This document shows, piece after piece, positions 1-9,963 of a stretch of DNA of 64,000 nucleotides. Positions within the stretch are counted from its first letter, which is position 1. The number at the start of each line of letters is the position of its first letter. The stretch is from an uncultured Verrucomicrobiae bacterium (GTDB taxonomy: Bacteria; Verrucomicrobiota; Verrucomicrobiia; Opitutales; JABDGR01). Both the position numbers and the translations under genes were made by a program. The notes under the pieces are model-generated. The model had not been told where the DNA came from. It worked only from the letters and a program-made list of their open reading frames with translations, and did not search any database. The DNA lies in contig CAVXVB010000002.1 in the NCBI GenBank assembly GCA_963765205.1, positions 198,038-262,037 on the forward strand, given 5' to 3'.

Positions 1-1
1 G

Positions 2-1888
2 CCCGCCCGCCACGCCACCGCGCCCTGGGTCGCCGCCGAAGTGGATGAAAGCGACGGCACCATTGACCATTTTGCGCCCGAAATCACCGTGGCGGTGAAT
101 TTCGATTGGGATCATGCCGACCGCTACCGCACCGAGGCCGAACTTGAGGCGACTTTCATCAATCTTTTTCGCCGCACGCGCCAACTCGTGCTTTTGCCGC
201 AATGGGATGCACGTCTGCGCCGCTTGGCCGAAACGGCCGGCACGCCCTTCCGCACGTTCGGGCCGGAAGGGGATTTTTCTGTCCGAGCCAGTGGTGACGA
301 TGGCGCGCGCCAGCGCCTGGCCTTGAATGGCGCCTTTGTGAAGTCAGTGGTCGAGGTTCCGCTAGGTGGTGAGTTCAACGCCGCAAACGCCGCCGCCGCC
401 CTCGCCGCCGCGCACACGGCGTTTGGAAGCATTGCGGAGGAGCCGTTTGGCGGCTATCGCGGCGTGTCCCGCCGCCAGGACGTGCTGTTGCGCCGCCCAG
501 GGTTGTCCGTTTACGCCGATTACGCGCACCATCCGACGGAAATTGCCGCACTGCTGCGCAATCTGCGCGCGCATTCGCCGGGCCGCCTGCTGGTCGTGTT
601 TCAGCCGCACCGCTATACGCGCACGAAACAATTCGCGGCGGATTTCGCCGCGGCGCTGGGCGCGGGCGACCACGTGTTCCTCCTGCCGGTTTACGCCGCC
701 AGCGAGCCGCCGCTGCCGGAAGGCGACTCCGCCGCCATCCTCGCCGCCGCACCGACCGGCGAGAATAAATTTTCCCTGCACGATTCTTTCAACGATTTGG
801 AACGCACCCTTCGGGCTGCGCTTGCGAAACATTCTGAAGAGATCACGCTGGCCTTGGTGGGCGCGGGGGACATTGACGAGTTCGCCACGGCATTCGTCCG
901 CCGATTGGAAGATAAATCCTCTCCGCCGCCCGCTTCCGTGATTAATCAAAAGAGCACCCTCGATTGGTTTGACACACTATGTGCGCGCCTAAGTCCAGAC
1001 ACTCTGGCGCAGCGCGATGAGCCGCTCGCCGACAAAACCACGCTTGGGGTGGGTGGCCCGGCCCATTATTATGCCGAGCCGGCCACGATCGAAGACCTCG
1101 CGCAGTTGCTTCGTGCCGCCCGGGCCGCAGGCGTGCAGGTGTTTTGCCTGGGGCGTGGCTCAAATTTAATTGTCACTGACACCGGTTATCCCGGTCTGGT
1201 GCTGCGGCTGAATCATGCGGAATGGAAGAAACTTCGTTTGGAAAGCCCGGATCGGATTTTCGCGGGCGCCGGCGTGCGGCTCAAGGAATTATGCGGCTTT
1301 GCGGCGCGGCATGGCCTCGCGGGGTTGGAATTTCTCGAAGGCATTCCCGGTTCGGTCGGCGGGGCGCTGCGGATGAACGCCGGCGCGATGGGGGGGTGGA
1401 TTTTTGACCTCATTGCCGAGGTGGAATATGTCACTGCGGCCGGTGAAACACGGCGGGCTCCGCGCCATGAATTTCACCCTGGCTACCGCCAATGCCCCGA
1501 ATTGCTCGACGCGGTCGCCATTGGCGCGGTGTTTCACGCGCCTGGGGGTGGCCCGCCGGAGGAGATCCGCCGCCGGATGGAGACTTTTGCGCTCAAGCGC
1601 AAAGCCACCCAGCCGCGGGAGCGCAGCGCGGGCTGCCTGTTCAAAAATCCTCCCGGCGGCCACGCGGGCAAGCTGATTGACGAAATGGGCCTCAAGGGCC
1701 GGCGCGTCGGCGCCATCGAAGTCTCGATCGTTCACGCGAATTTCATTATCAATCATGGCGGCGGCACGGCGGCGGAAGCATTGGCGCTGGCGCGCCAGGT
1801 TCGGGGCGAAGTGTTTGCGCGCAGTGGCATCAAGCTCGAACCCGAGGTGCTGCTACTCGGGGCCAATTGGGAGGAAGTGCTGCAATGA
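2..1888 (+). CDS. murC-murB: MurC C-terminal part fused to MurB; 5' end lies outside the window
   Basis: Frame is open from nt 2. MurC motifs EVDESDG, DWDH, DYAHHPTEI, FQPHRYTRT, then MurB motifs GRGSN, GIPGSVGGALRMNAGA, SAGCLFKNP, HANFIIN, LEPEV. Confidence 0.93.
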   Translation, partial: PARHATAPWVAAEVDESDGTIDHFAPEITVAVNFDWDHADRYRTEAELEATFINLFRRTRQLVLLPQWDARLRRLAETAGTPFRTFGPEGDFSVRASGDDGARQRLALNGAFVKSVVEVPLGGEFNAANAAAALAAAHTAFGSIAEEPFGGYRGVSRRQDVLLRRPGLSVYADYAHHPTEIAALLRNLRAHSPGRLLVVFQPHRYTRTKQFAADFAAALGAGDHVFLLPVYAASEPPLPEGDSAAILAAAPTGENKFSLHDSFNDLERTLRAALAKHSEEITLALVGAGDIDEFATAFVRRLEDKSSPPPASVINQKSTLDWFDTLCARLSPDTLAQRDEPLADKTTLGVGGPAHYYAEPATIEDLAQLLRAARAAGVQVFCLGRGSNLIVTDTGYPGLVLRLNHAEWKKLRLESPDRIFAGAGVRLKELCGFAARHGLAGLEFLEGIPGSVGGALRMNAGAMGGWIFDLIAEVEYVTAAGETRRAPRHEFHPGYRQCPELLDAVAIGAVFHAPGGGPPEEIRRRMETFALKRKATQPRERSAGCLFKNPPGGHAGKLIDEMGLKGRRVGAIEVSIVHANFIINHGGGTAAEALALARQVRGEVFARSGIKLEPEVLLLGANWEEVLQ

Positions 1889-2829
1889 ATCCTCCTGACC
1901 AGACGACGGTGGCCGTGCTCGGCGGCAGCAATTCCGCCGAACGTGCGGTTTCGCTCGTCACGGCGCAGGCCATCGCTGGCGCGCTGAAAGAGGAGGGTTT
2001 TGCCGTGGAATTTTTTGATCTGCCCGGCTGTGTGTTGCCGGACGCGTTGGATCCGGCGCGACACGTCGTTTTTCCCGCGCTGCATGGCGGCTGGGGTGAA
2101 AACGGCGGTGTGCAAGCCGCGCTCGAATCACACGGCTTCGCTTACGCGGGCTGCGGGCCTTATGCCAGCCGCTTGTGCATGGACAAGGTGGAGGCCAAGC
2201 GCGTCCTCGCCGCCGCCGGGCTGCCAGTGTTGCCGCACGTTATCTTCACGGGGGAGCGACCATCCGCCGCCTCGTCGCTTATGACCAAATTGGGTCCGGA
2301 CATTATCATCAAGCCCATCGCTGAAGGCAGCAGTGTCGGCTTGCGCCGCGCGGCTAATCGCCGCGAGCTGGAGGCGGCGCTCGAGGGGTTAAGCCCCGGC
2401 CGGTGGATGGCGGAGCCGTGGGTGCGCGGGCGCGAAGTGTCCGTCGGCGTGCTGGCGGGCCGGGCGCTGGGGTTGGTGGAAATCCGGCCCAAGGACGGCG
2501 CATCCTACGATTTCGAGCACAAATACACCGCCGGAATGACGGAATACTTTTTCCCCGCGCCGCTGGATGCCGCGCTTGCGGAACAAATCCAGTTGGCTGC
2601 GGCCGGTGCATTTGCGGCGTGCGGCTGCCGGGATTTTGCGCGCGTGGACTTCATGTTGCCGCCGGAAGGCGGCTGCGTGATTTTGGAAATCAACACCATG
2701 CCCGGCTGCACGCCCACCAGTTTGCTGCCCAAGAGCGCCTCGTGCTGTGGCTATACTTTCCCGATACTTATCCGGGCCATGCTTGACCCCGCCTTGGGCC
2801 GTTTTGCCGCCGTGGCGGCCGCACTATGA
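1885..2829 (+). CDS. ddl: D-alanine--D-alanine ligase
   Basis: GGSNSAERAVSL, LHGGWGENG, CMDK, EGSSVG, YDFEHKY, RVDF, EINTMPG; ATGA overlap with murB. Confidence 0.95.
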   Translation: MNPPDQTTVAVLGGSNSAERAVSLVTAQAIAGALKEEGFAVEFFDLPGCVLPDALDPARHVVFPALHGGWGENGGVQAALESHGFAYAGCGPYASRLCMDKVEAKRVLAAAGLPVLPHVIFTGERPSAASSLMTKLGPDIIIKPIAEGSSVGLRRAANRRELEAALEGLSPGRWMAEPWVRGREVSVGVLAGRALGLVEIRPKDGASYDFEHKYTAGMTEYFFPAPLDAALAEQIQLAAAGAFAACGCRDFARVDFMLPPEGGCVILEINTMPGCTPTSLLPKSASCCGYTFPILIRAMLDPALGRFAAVAAAL

Positions 2830-3770
2830 AAAAATCCCTCACTGCTGCGGAAGGCTTGCGCACCTGGCAGGACATCGGCCAGCATGCCACCCACCGCGCT
2901 CTCTCGCCTGTGGCGCGGCGCAACCGCCTCATCCACTGGATCGGCTCCGGCCTGATGTTTGCGTTCGCCACGTTGATGTTATTACTCGGCGCCTGGGCCT
3001 TGCGTGGCTCGACGGCCGTGCCCGCGCGCACCCGTGCCAGCCAGCCTTTCGCCGCGCTCGGCCAATTCGAGTTTAAGACAGACGGGGTGCTGACCCAGGA
3101 TTGGGCGATGAATTTCCTCCACTTGCAGCCGGGTGATTCATTGGAGAAGGTGGACGTGTTTGCACTGCGCGCGCGTTTGCTGTCGTTGCTCCAAGTGCGC
3201 GATGCAACGGTCGAGCGCGTGTTGCCGGGCACCTTGCGCGTCAGTGTTGTGGAGCGCAAACCCTGGCTGCGGGTGGCCACCGATGACGGACAGGGCGGCT
3301 ACAAGCTTTACCTCGTGGCGCGCGACGGCACCGTGTTCGCCGGCCAGGACTTTCCCGAGCAAATCCTCAACCAACTGCCCTGGATGTCCGGACTGGCCTT
3401 GCACCGGGCGAAGGACGGCGGCTTCCAGCCGGTGCCGGGCATGGACGAGGTTTCCGATTTGCTCTTTGCCGCGCGTGCGCACGTGCCCACAATCGCCGCG
3501 CAATGGACCGTCGTGGATTTGAGCCAGTTCGATCCGCGCCCGACGACGCCGCTCCATGGATCGGTCATTAAAATCCAATCGGGCAATTTGGGCACCCTGA
3601 CTTTTGCCCCTGCCGATTTTGAAACGCAAATCCACCGGCTGAGTTTCGTGGCTGATCAACTCGCAGCGAAGCCGATGCTTTTGCACGGTCTTGACTTCTC
3701 TCTGTCCAACCAGGTGATTGTACAACCCGTTGTGCCCCCGCCGCCGCTGGCTGCCAGCAGTCTGCATTAA
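2826..3770 (+). CDS. ftsQ: Cell division protein FtsQ/DivIB (POTRA domain)
   Basis: One TM helix, 'VRDATVERVLPGTLRVSVVERKP' POTRA signature, position between ddl and ftsA. Confidence 0.85.
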   Translation: MKKSLTAAEGLRTWQDIGQHATHRALSPVARRNRLIHWIGSGLMFAFATLMLLLGAWALRGSTAVPARTRASQPFAALGQFEFKTDGVLTQDWAMNFLHLQPGDSLEKVDVFALRARLLSLLQVRDATVERVLPGTLRVSVVERKPWLRVATDDGQGGYKLYLVARDGTVFAGQDFPEQILNQLPWMSGLALHRAKDGGFQPVPGMDEVSDLLFAARAHVPTIAAQWTVVDLSQFDPRPTTPLHGSVIKIQSGNLGTLTFAPADFETQIHRLSFVADQLAAKPMLLHGLDFSLSNQVIVQPVVPPPPLAASSLH

Positions 3771-3791
3771 ATCCCTTTGTTTTTCTTCCCG

Positions 3792-5009
3792 ATGAGCAAA
3801 TCCCAAATCGTTGCCGCGCTCGACATCGGCACCTCCAAGGCCGTGGTGCTGGTGGGCGAAATTTTTCGCGGCGACCGGCTGAACATCCTCGGCGTGGGGC
3901 AGGCATCATCGCTCGGCGTGCGCAAGGGGGACATCCTGGATTTCATGGCCGCGTGCAATTGCGCGCACGCCGCATTGCTGGGGGCCGAGCAAAATGCTCG
4001 CGCGCAGGCCGAGGTGGCGTTCCTCGCGCAATCCGGCGCGCACCTCGATGGTTTCGCGCAGCATGCCGAAGTGGCCGTCAGCGCGGCGGACAACCGGGTG
4101 CGCCCGATTGACGTGCAGCGGTTGCTGGCCGAGGCGCGCAAGAAGGAGCTGCCTCCCGGCCGCCTTGCCATCCACCACATCCGCAATTCCTTCAAGCTCG
4201 ACGGCCGCCCGGTCGGCGATCCCATCGGTCAGTTGGGCGAAAAACTGGAACTGGGTTTTTGGACGGTTACGGGTGACGAATCGCACCTCAGCAACGCCAT
4301 CCATCTGGTCAACGGCTACAACGGCCTCGAAGTGAAGGACATCATCGTATCGAGCGTTGCCGCGGCCAACGTCGTCACGCCCGAGATGGATAAAAAAATC
4401 GGCGCCCTCGTGCTCGACATTGGCGCGGGCATCACCGATTACGCGCTCTACCGTGACGGCCACATTGTCAAAACCGGCGTCATCCCCATCGGCGGCGACC
4501 ATTTGACCAACGACCTGAGCCTCGGCCTGCGCATCAGCCGCAAACACGCGGAACGAGTGAAGTTGAGTTTCGGCCAAGCCGAGGTGGACGCGCAGGCCCG
4601 CGCGGAAAAAGTCTGGATGGTCGGCGACAAGAGCGTGGGCGACCGCTATATCCCGCGCCTGGCCATCTGCCAGATTCTCGAAGCGCGCGTCGAAGAACTT
4701 TTTTCCATCGTCAAAAAACACCTTGGCTCGCTCTTGACGCCGGAGGATGTGGCCGGGGGCGTGATCCTCACTGGCGGCACCTCGCGCCTGCCCGCCATCG
4801 AGCGCGTGGCCGAGCGCGTTCTCGGACTGCCCACCCGCCGCCCCGCCGAGCCCGCGTGGCTGACGGAGTCGCTGCGCGGCCCGGAATACAGCGTGGCCGT
4901 GGGCCTGCTGCTCTTTGCGCTCAACGCGCCCCAACGCGAAAACCCTAAATCAGCCGCGCACGGTGGCGACGGGCTGATGAGTCAGATGGCGCGCTGGTTC
5001 GGCACCTGA
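3792..5009 (+). CDS. ftsA: Cell division protein FtsA
   Basis: ALDIGTSK, LDIGAGITD, IGGDHLTNDL, GVILTGG motifs. Confidence 0.95.
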   Translation: MSKSQIVAALDIGTSKAVVLVGEIFRGDRLNILGVGQASSLGVRKGDILDFMAACNCAHAALLGAEQNARAQAEVAFLAQSGAHLDGFAQHAEVAVSAADNRVRPIDVQRLLAEARKKELPPGRLAIHHIRNSFKLDGRPVGDPIGQLGEKLELGFWTVTGDESHLSNAIHLVNGYNGLEVKDIIVSSVAAANVVTPEMDKKIGALVLDIGAGITDYALYRDGHIVKTGVIPIGGDHLTNDLSLGLRISRKHAERVKLSFGQAEVDAQARAEKVWMVGDKSVGDRYIPRLAICQILEARVEELFSIVKKHLGSLLTPEDVAGGVILTGGTSRLPAIERVAERVLGLPTRRPAEPAWLTESLRGPEYSVAVGLLLFALNAPQRENPKSAAHGGDGLMSQMARWFGT

Positions 5010-5037
5010 TTATTTTCCTCCGCAACCTCCCTCCTCT

Positions 5038-6345
5038 ATGAACACCTCCGCCCATACGTCCTCCAGCGCCGACCAAATCCTGTCCGGCCAGATGCCGGAG
5101 GACGGCGTGCGCGTGAAAATCGTCGGCGTTGGCGGCGCGGGCACCAACGCGGTGGACCGGCTGCAGCTCGACCATGTCGGCCTGCGGCTGCGCATCGCCG
5201 CGCTGAACACTGACGCGCAGGCGCTCAATTCCTCGCCCGCGCCGGAAAAATTGCTCATTGGACGCGGGCTGACGCGCGGTGTGGGCACGGGCGGCGAGGC
5301 GGACGTCGGCCGCGCGGCCGCCGAGGCCGACCGCGAGCGCATCACCAAAATTTTCCAGGGCATGGACCTGGTGTTTATCGTGGCCGGGCTGGGCGGGGGC
5401 ACGGGCAGCGGCGCGGCGCCGGTCATCGCGCAAATCGCCACGCAGGCGGGCGCGCTGGTCGTCGCCTTCGTCATGCTGCCGTTCACCAACGAGGGCGGCC
5501 GCCGCCGCCAACTCGCCGACCAGGCCCTCGCCGAATTGCGCCAGACCTGCGACGCCGTCATCCCGCTGCCCAACGATCTGCTCCTGCAACACCTGCCCGA
5601 CGACGCCACGGTGCTCGACGCCTTCGGCCAGGCCGACGCGTGGATTGGCCGCGCCATCCGCTCCATCTCCGCGATTTTGTTCCACACCGGCCTCATCAAC
5701 CTCGACTTCGCCACGCTGCGGCGCACCTTCACGCCCCGCGGCGGCAAGACGCTCTTTGGCCTCGGCCACGGTTCCGGCGAGAATTGCGTGGCCGAGGCGT
5801 TGCACGACCTCATGCTCTGCCCGCTGCTGCACACGCCCGAGTTGTCGCGCCGGGCGGACCGGCTGCTGGTTAACATCGTCGGCGGCCCCGAGCTGAGCCT
5901 GGCGCGCGTCAATGAAATCGTTGCCGTCATCGCCGAAAAATTCGGCAGCCGCGAGCAGACTGTTCTCGGTGCGGTGATTGACGAGCGCTTGATCGGGAAA
6001 CTGGAAATTTGCGTCATCGGCATGACGGAAGTGCGGGCCAAAGGCTCGTCGCTGGCCTCGCTGCGCACCGCCCCACCCGGCCTGCGGGCCGACGCGCCCG
6101 CCCCGGCCCCGAACCAGGCCCCGGCGATTTTCGCCCGGCCCCCGGCCGCCGCCGTGGCCGCGCCGCCCGTGCATGAATCCAAGCTGCGCGGGCACAAGGA
6201 CGGCGGCGCGCCGCAAAACGAATTTCACTTTGTCGGCGAGGACGAGCAGCGAGGCTATTTCGACCAGACCGAGCGCAACTTCTTTGAAGGCGAAGACCTC
6301 GACGTGCCCGCCTATTTGCGGCGGGGGATTAAAATTCAGTTGTGA
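5038..6345 (+). CDS. ftsZ: Cell division protein FtsZ (divergent T7 loop)
   Basis: VGVGGAGTNAV, NTDAQAL, GLGGGTGSG tubulin signature, C-terminal DLDVPAYLRR. Confidence 0.95.
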   Translation: MNTSAHTSSSADQILSGQMPEDGVRVKIVGVGGAGTNAVDRLQLDHVGLRLRIAALNTDAQALNSSPAPEKLLIGRGLTRGVGTGGEADVGRAAAEADRERITKIFQGMDLVFIVAGLGGGTGSGAAPVIAQIATQAGALVVAFVMLPFTNEGGRRRQLADQALAELRQTCDAVIPLPNDLLLQHLPDDATVLDAFGQADAWIGRAIRSISAILFHTGLINLDFATLRRTFTPRGGKTLFGLGHGSGENCVAEALHDLMLCPLLHTPELSRRADRLLVNIVGGPELSLARVNEIVAVIAEKFGSREQTVLGAVIDERLIGKLEICVIGMTEVRAKGSSLASLRTAPPGLRADAPAPAPNQAPAIFARPPAAAVAAPPVHESKLRGHKDGGAPQNEFHFVGEDEQRGYFDQTERNFFEGEDLDVPAYLRRGIKIQL

Positions 6346-6348
6346 GGC

Positions 6349-7398
6349 TCACTTCACCAGCAGCGTCGCCAGCCCCAAGAACAGGCCCATGCTGGCCACG
6401 TTGGTCGCGGTGGTGAGGAAAATGCTTGAGGCGGTGACGGGGTCGGCGCCGAATCGCTTAAGGATCAGGGGCACAACCGCGCCGCAGACACCGCTGATCA
6501 CGCAACTGCCGACCATGGAGAGGAACACCACGAGGCCGAGCATGGGGGCGGTGGACAAATGATGGACGGAGGCGACCCCATACATGGCCAGCCCCGCGAC
6601 CAACCCGATGAGCGTGCCATTCATCAAACCGAGCAGGCCTTCTTTGATGACCTGCGCCTTGATCTTGCCTGTTTTCAGATCACCCAGGATCATTCCGCGC
6701 AGGGTGATCGCCAGCGCCTGGCTGCCGGCGTTGCCCGACTGGTCGGCCAGCACTGGCAGAAAAATGGTGAGAATCAGCAGCCGGTCAATGGTGCCTTGGA
6801 ACAAACCGACCACGGCGGCGGCGGCAAAGGAGGTAAGCAGGTTGACCTGCAGCCAGGGCAGCCGGAGCCGCAGGCTTTTTAACCAGGGCGTGGAGGAACG
6901 GACTTCCTTTTCAACGCCCACCATCGCGCCGGGCTGGGCGGTCAACTCGAACGATCTTTTCTGTTCCGCGACGACGCGCTCGTAGAGATTCTTCGTTTCC
7001 TGATGCAGCAGGCGCACTTCGAGCAGGTTATGAACCCGGAGCAACACCTCGGCCAGGTCGAACGGTTTGCTGACGAAATCTTTCGCCCCGGCTTTCAGCG
7101 CGCGCAGTTTATGCTCCGGTTGGGCCGTCAGCACGATGACCGGCAGATAGCTGTCCTTTTCGATTTCCTTCAACTGTTCCATTACCTGGAATCCGTCCAG
7201 GCTGGGCATCTGCAAATCGAGCAGGATCAAGTCATAATGGTGTTGGCGGTGCAGCGCGCCGACTTGGCCCGAGTCCATTGTGGTCGTGATGGCATCATAG
7301 CCGGCCCCGCGCAGCATCTGCTCGAGCAGTGCGACATTGGCCTGTTGATCGTCAACAATCAGGATTTTGCCGTGCAGGATGTCCGCTGAACTGATCAT
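6349..7398 (-). CDS. Receiver domain fused to an MgtE-type magnesium transporter membrane domain
   Basis: N-terminal REC (ILIVDDQ, LLDLQMP, VLTA, VSKPF); C-terminal MgtE membrane motifs RLPWL, SGNAGSQALAITLRG, GADPVTASSIFLTT. Confidence 0.85.
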   Translation of the reverse strand: MISSADILHGKILIVDDQQANVALLEQMLRGAGYDAITTTMDSGQVGALHRQHHYDLILLDLQMPSLDGFQVMEQLKEIEKDSYLPVIVLTAQPEHKLRALKAGAKDFVSKPFDLAEVLLRVHNLLEVRLLHQETKNLYERVVAEQKRSFELTAQPGAMVGVEKEVRSSTPWLKSLRLRLPWLQVNLLTSFAAAAVVGLFQGTIDRLLILTIFLPVLADQSGNAGSQALAITLRGMILGDLKTGKIKAQVIKEGLLGLMNGTLIGLVAGLAMYGVASVHHLSTAPMLGLVVFLSMVGSCVISGVCGAVVPLILKRFGADPVTASSIFLTTATNVASMGLFLGLATLLVK

Positions 7399-7413
7399 GG
7401 CCTGGGTCCTGTG

Positions 7414-9963
7414 TTAGACAATCGAGCCATGGGTTTTTTCGGCAAATTCCAGGGCGTCGTTCAAGGTTTCACTGAATTCCCGGACCTTAATGGGTTTGGT
7501 GAGGTAGCGAAAGAATCCGACCTCGAGGCCCACTTCAATGTCGCGCAACATCGCGTTGGCGCTGATGGCCACGACAGGGATGTGGGCCGTCGCCTGGTCT
7601 TCGCGCAGGATTTTCAAGGCGTCAATCCCGCTGATGCCGGGCAGGTTGATGTCCATCAGGATCACGTCGGGCTGGCTGGCGCGGGCCAGCTCGATGCCGA
7701 GGGTGCCGTTCACCGCCGTCAACAGCTTGATGTCTGCGCGCTGCGCGATGAGTTGCTCGACGAGCATCATGTTCGCCGGGTTGTCCTCGATATAGAGCAC
7801 GGTGTGCATGCGCGCGTCAATCAGGCCGTGCGGTTGCGCGCCAGTGGCTGGCTCGGTCCTTTCCAGGACCAGGGTGGGCGCCGCGGTCGAGAGCAGTTCA
7901 ATCCAGAACACGCTGCCCGCTCCGACGGTGCTTTCCACGCCGAGGACGCCATCCATCAGTTCGGCCAGTTGTTTGGTGACCACCAAGCCGATGCCGGTGC
8001 CCGCGACGCCGCCGGCCTCCTGGCCGAGGCGGTTGAACGGCTGGAAGAGCTGCGCAAGTTTTTCCGGCGCCAGGCCCGCGCCGGTGTCCCGGACGCTGAT
8101 GCGCGTTCGATCCGGGACGATCGTGGCGCAGTCCACGACCACCGTGCCTTTCTCCTTATTGTATTTGATCGCGTTGGAGAGCAGGTTGATGACAATTTGC
8201 TTCAAACGCGTGCGGTCGGCCCAGACAAAACTGGGCTGGTCGAACCGGGGAAAAGTCATATGAATCCCGCGCTGTTGCGCCTGCGGCTCCATCATGGCCT
8301 GGCATTCGGACATGACGTCGGTGAGCGACACCGGCTCCAGCGACAGGGAGACTTTGCCGGACTCGATGACCGCGAGGTCCAGGATTTCGTTGATCAGTTT
8401 GAGCAGATGCCAGCCCGCCTGGAGGATCTGGGCGATACGCGCTGTCTGGACGGGCGTGGGCAACGGTGTCGCCGTCTCCATCAATTGCGCGAAGCCGAGG
8501 ATTGCATTGAGCGGGCTGCGCAGTTCATGGCTCATGCTCGAGAGGAACCCCGATTTGGCGAGGTTGGCCTTTTCCGCGGTGGACTTGGCGCTCTCCAGCT
8601 CGACGTTGGATTCCTGCAAGGCCTGCTCGAAGCGCTTGCGCTCCGTCACGTCGCGTGCGGCGGCGAACACGCCTTGCAGTCGCCGGTCGCGGTCATAGAA
8701 GGTGGTCGCGTTGTAAGACACCACGGTTTCCTTGTCATCGCGTGCGCGCGCGGTGAGTTCGTAGTCGGTGACCTTTTTCTCGTTTAGCACCAGCTTGATG
8801 GCGGCTTCGGCCCGCTCCGGGTCGGTGAAATAGTTTTTGAACGGCGCGCCGATCAATTCGTCGCGCGTGCAGCCGGTGAGCGCCTCCATCTGCTTGTTGA
8901 CGTCGGTGATGATGCCGAGGGGGTCGGTGGTCATCAGCGCGTCAATGTTGGATTCGATGAGGGAGCGGGTGTAGAACTGCTGGTCGCGCAAGCGCTGATC
9001 CAGCTTCTTCTGCTCTTCTTCGACCTGTTTGCGCGCGGTGTTATCCGTGCCAATCAACAGGTAGCCGATGATGCCGCCCTCATCTCCGCGCAACGCCGTG
9101 ACCGACACGACGGCGGGAAAGCGGCTGCCGTCCTTGCGGATGTAGGTCAATTCGTAGATGTCCTCGATCCCGCGCGAGGCCTTGAAAACCAGCGCCTCGA
9201 AGCCCGGCATGATGGTGGTCGCCAGTTCGACGCTCAACGTTTTGGCCCGCGCAATGAGTTCCTGCGAATCGGAAATATCGGCCGGCGTGATTTTGTTCAG
9301 CACTTCCGCCGCGGTGTAGCCGAGCATGCGTTCGGCGCCGACATTGAACAACTGGATGACGCCCTTTTCATCCGTGGCGATGCTCGAGAAATTGGCGCTG
9401 TTGAAGATGGCGCTCTGCAAGGCCCCGGCCTCGAGCAGCGCCTCTTCCGCGCGCTTGCGGGCGCTGTTGTCGGTGCCGATCAGCAAATAGCCGATGATGC
9501 CGCCCCGCTCGTCGCGCAGCGCCGTGACCGACACGACGGCGGGAAAGCGGCTGCCGTCCTTGCGGATGTAGGTCAATTCGTAAATGTCCTCGATGCCGCG
9601 CGAGGCTTTAAACACCAGAGCTTCGAAGCCTGGTGCAATCGTGGTCCCCAGTTCAAGGCTCAAGGCGGCGGCGCGCGCGATGACTTCCTGCGGGTCGGAA
9701 ATGTCCGCGGGCGTGATTTTGTTCATCACGTCTGCGGCCGTGTAGCCCAGCATGCGCTCGGCGCCGACATTGAAAATCTGAATAACGCCCTTTTCATCGG
9801 TGGCGATGCTCGAGAAATTGGCGCTGTTGAGAATTGCGTTCTGCAAGGCTCCCGTCTTTAGCACCGCCTCCTGGCGGCGGACTTCCGTGATGACCTCCAC
9901 CGTGCCGTCGGCCAGATGTTCGACTTCCGGGGTAAATAATACGGGAATTTTCGTGCGGTTCAT
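7414..9963 (-). CDS. PAS-domain hybrid sensor histidine kinase (3 PAS, HisKA, HATPase, REC)
   Basis: Two near-identical PAS domains plus a third; H-box SHELRSPLN, NLLSNAIKY, DTGAG, GTGIGL; C-terminal REC (ILMDINLP). Start set at MNRTK. Confidence 0.92.
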   Translation of the reverse strand: MNRTKIPVLFTPEVEHLADGTVEVITEVRRQEAVLKTGALQNAILNSANFSSIATDEKGVIQIFNVGAERMLGYTAADVMNKITPADISDPQEVIARAAALSLELGTTIAPGFEALVFKASRGIEDIYELTYIRKDGSRFPAVVSVTALRDERGGIIGYLLIGTDNSARKRAEEALLEAGALQSAIFNSANFSSIATDEKGVIQLFNVGAERMLGYTAAEVLNKITPADISDSQELIARAKTLSVELATTIMPGFEALVFKASRGIEDIYELTYIRKDGSRFPAVVSVTALRGDEGGIIGYLLIGTDNTARKQVEEEQKKLDQRLRDQQFYTRSLIESNIDALMTTDPLGIITDVNKQMEALTGCTRDELIGAPFKNYFTDPERAEAAIKLVLNEKKVTDYELTARARDDKETVVSYNATTFYDRDRRLQGVFAAARDVTERKRFEQALQESNVELESAKSTAEKANLAKSGFLSSMSHELRSPLNAILGFAQLMETATPLPTPVQTARIAQILQAGWHLLKLINEILDLAVIESGKVSLSLEPVSLTDVMSECQAMMEPQAQQRGIHMTFPRFDQPSFVWADRTRLKQIVINLLSNAIKYNKEKGTVVVDCATIVPDRTRISVRDTGAGLAPEKLAQLFQPFNRLGQEAGGVAGTGIGLVVTKQLAELMDGVLGVESTVGAGSVFWIELLSTAAPTLVLERTEPATGAQPHGLIDARMHTVLYIEDNPANMMLVEQLIAQRADIKLLTAVNGTLGIELARASQPDVILMDINLPGISGIDALKILREDQATAHIPVVAISANAMLRDIEVGLEVGFFRYLTKPIKVREFSETLNDALEFAEKTHGSIV

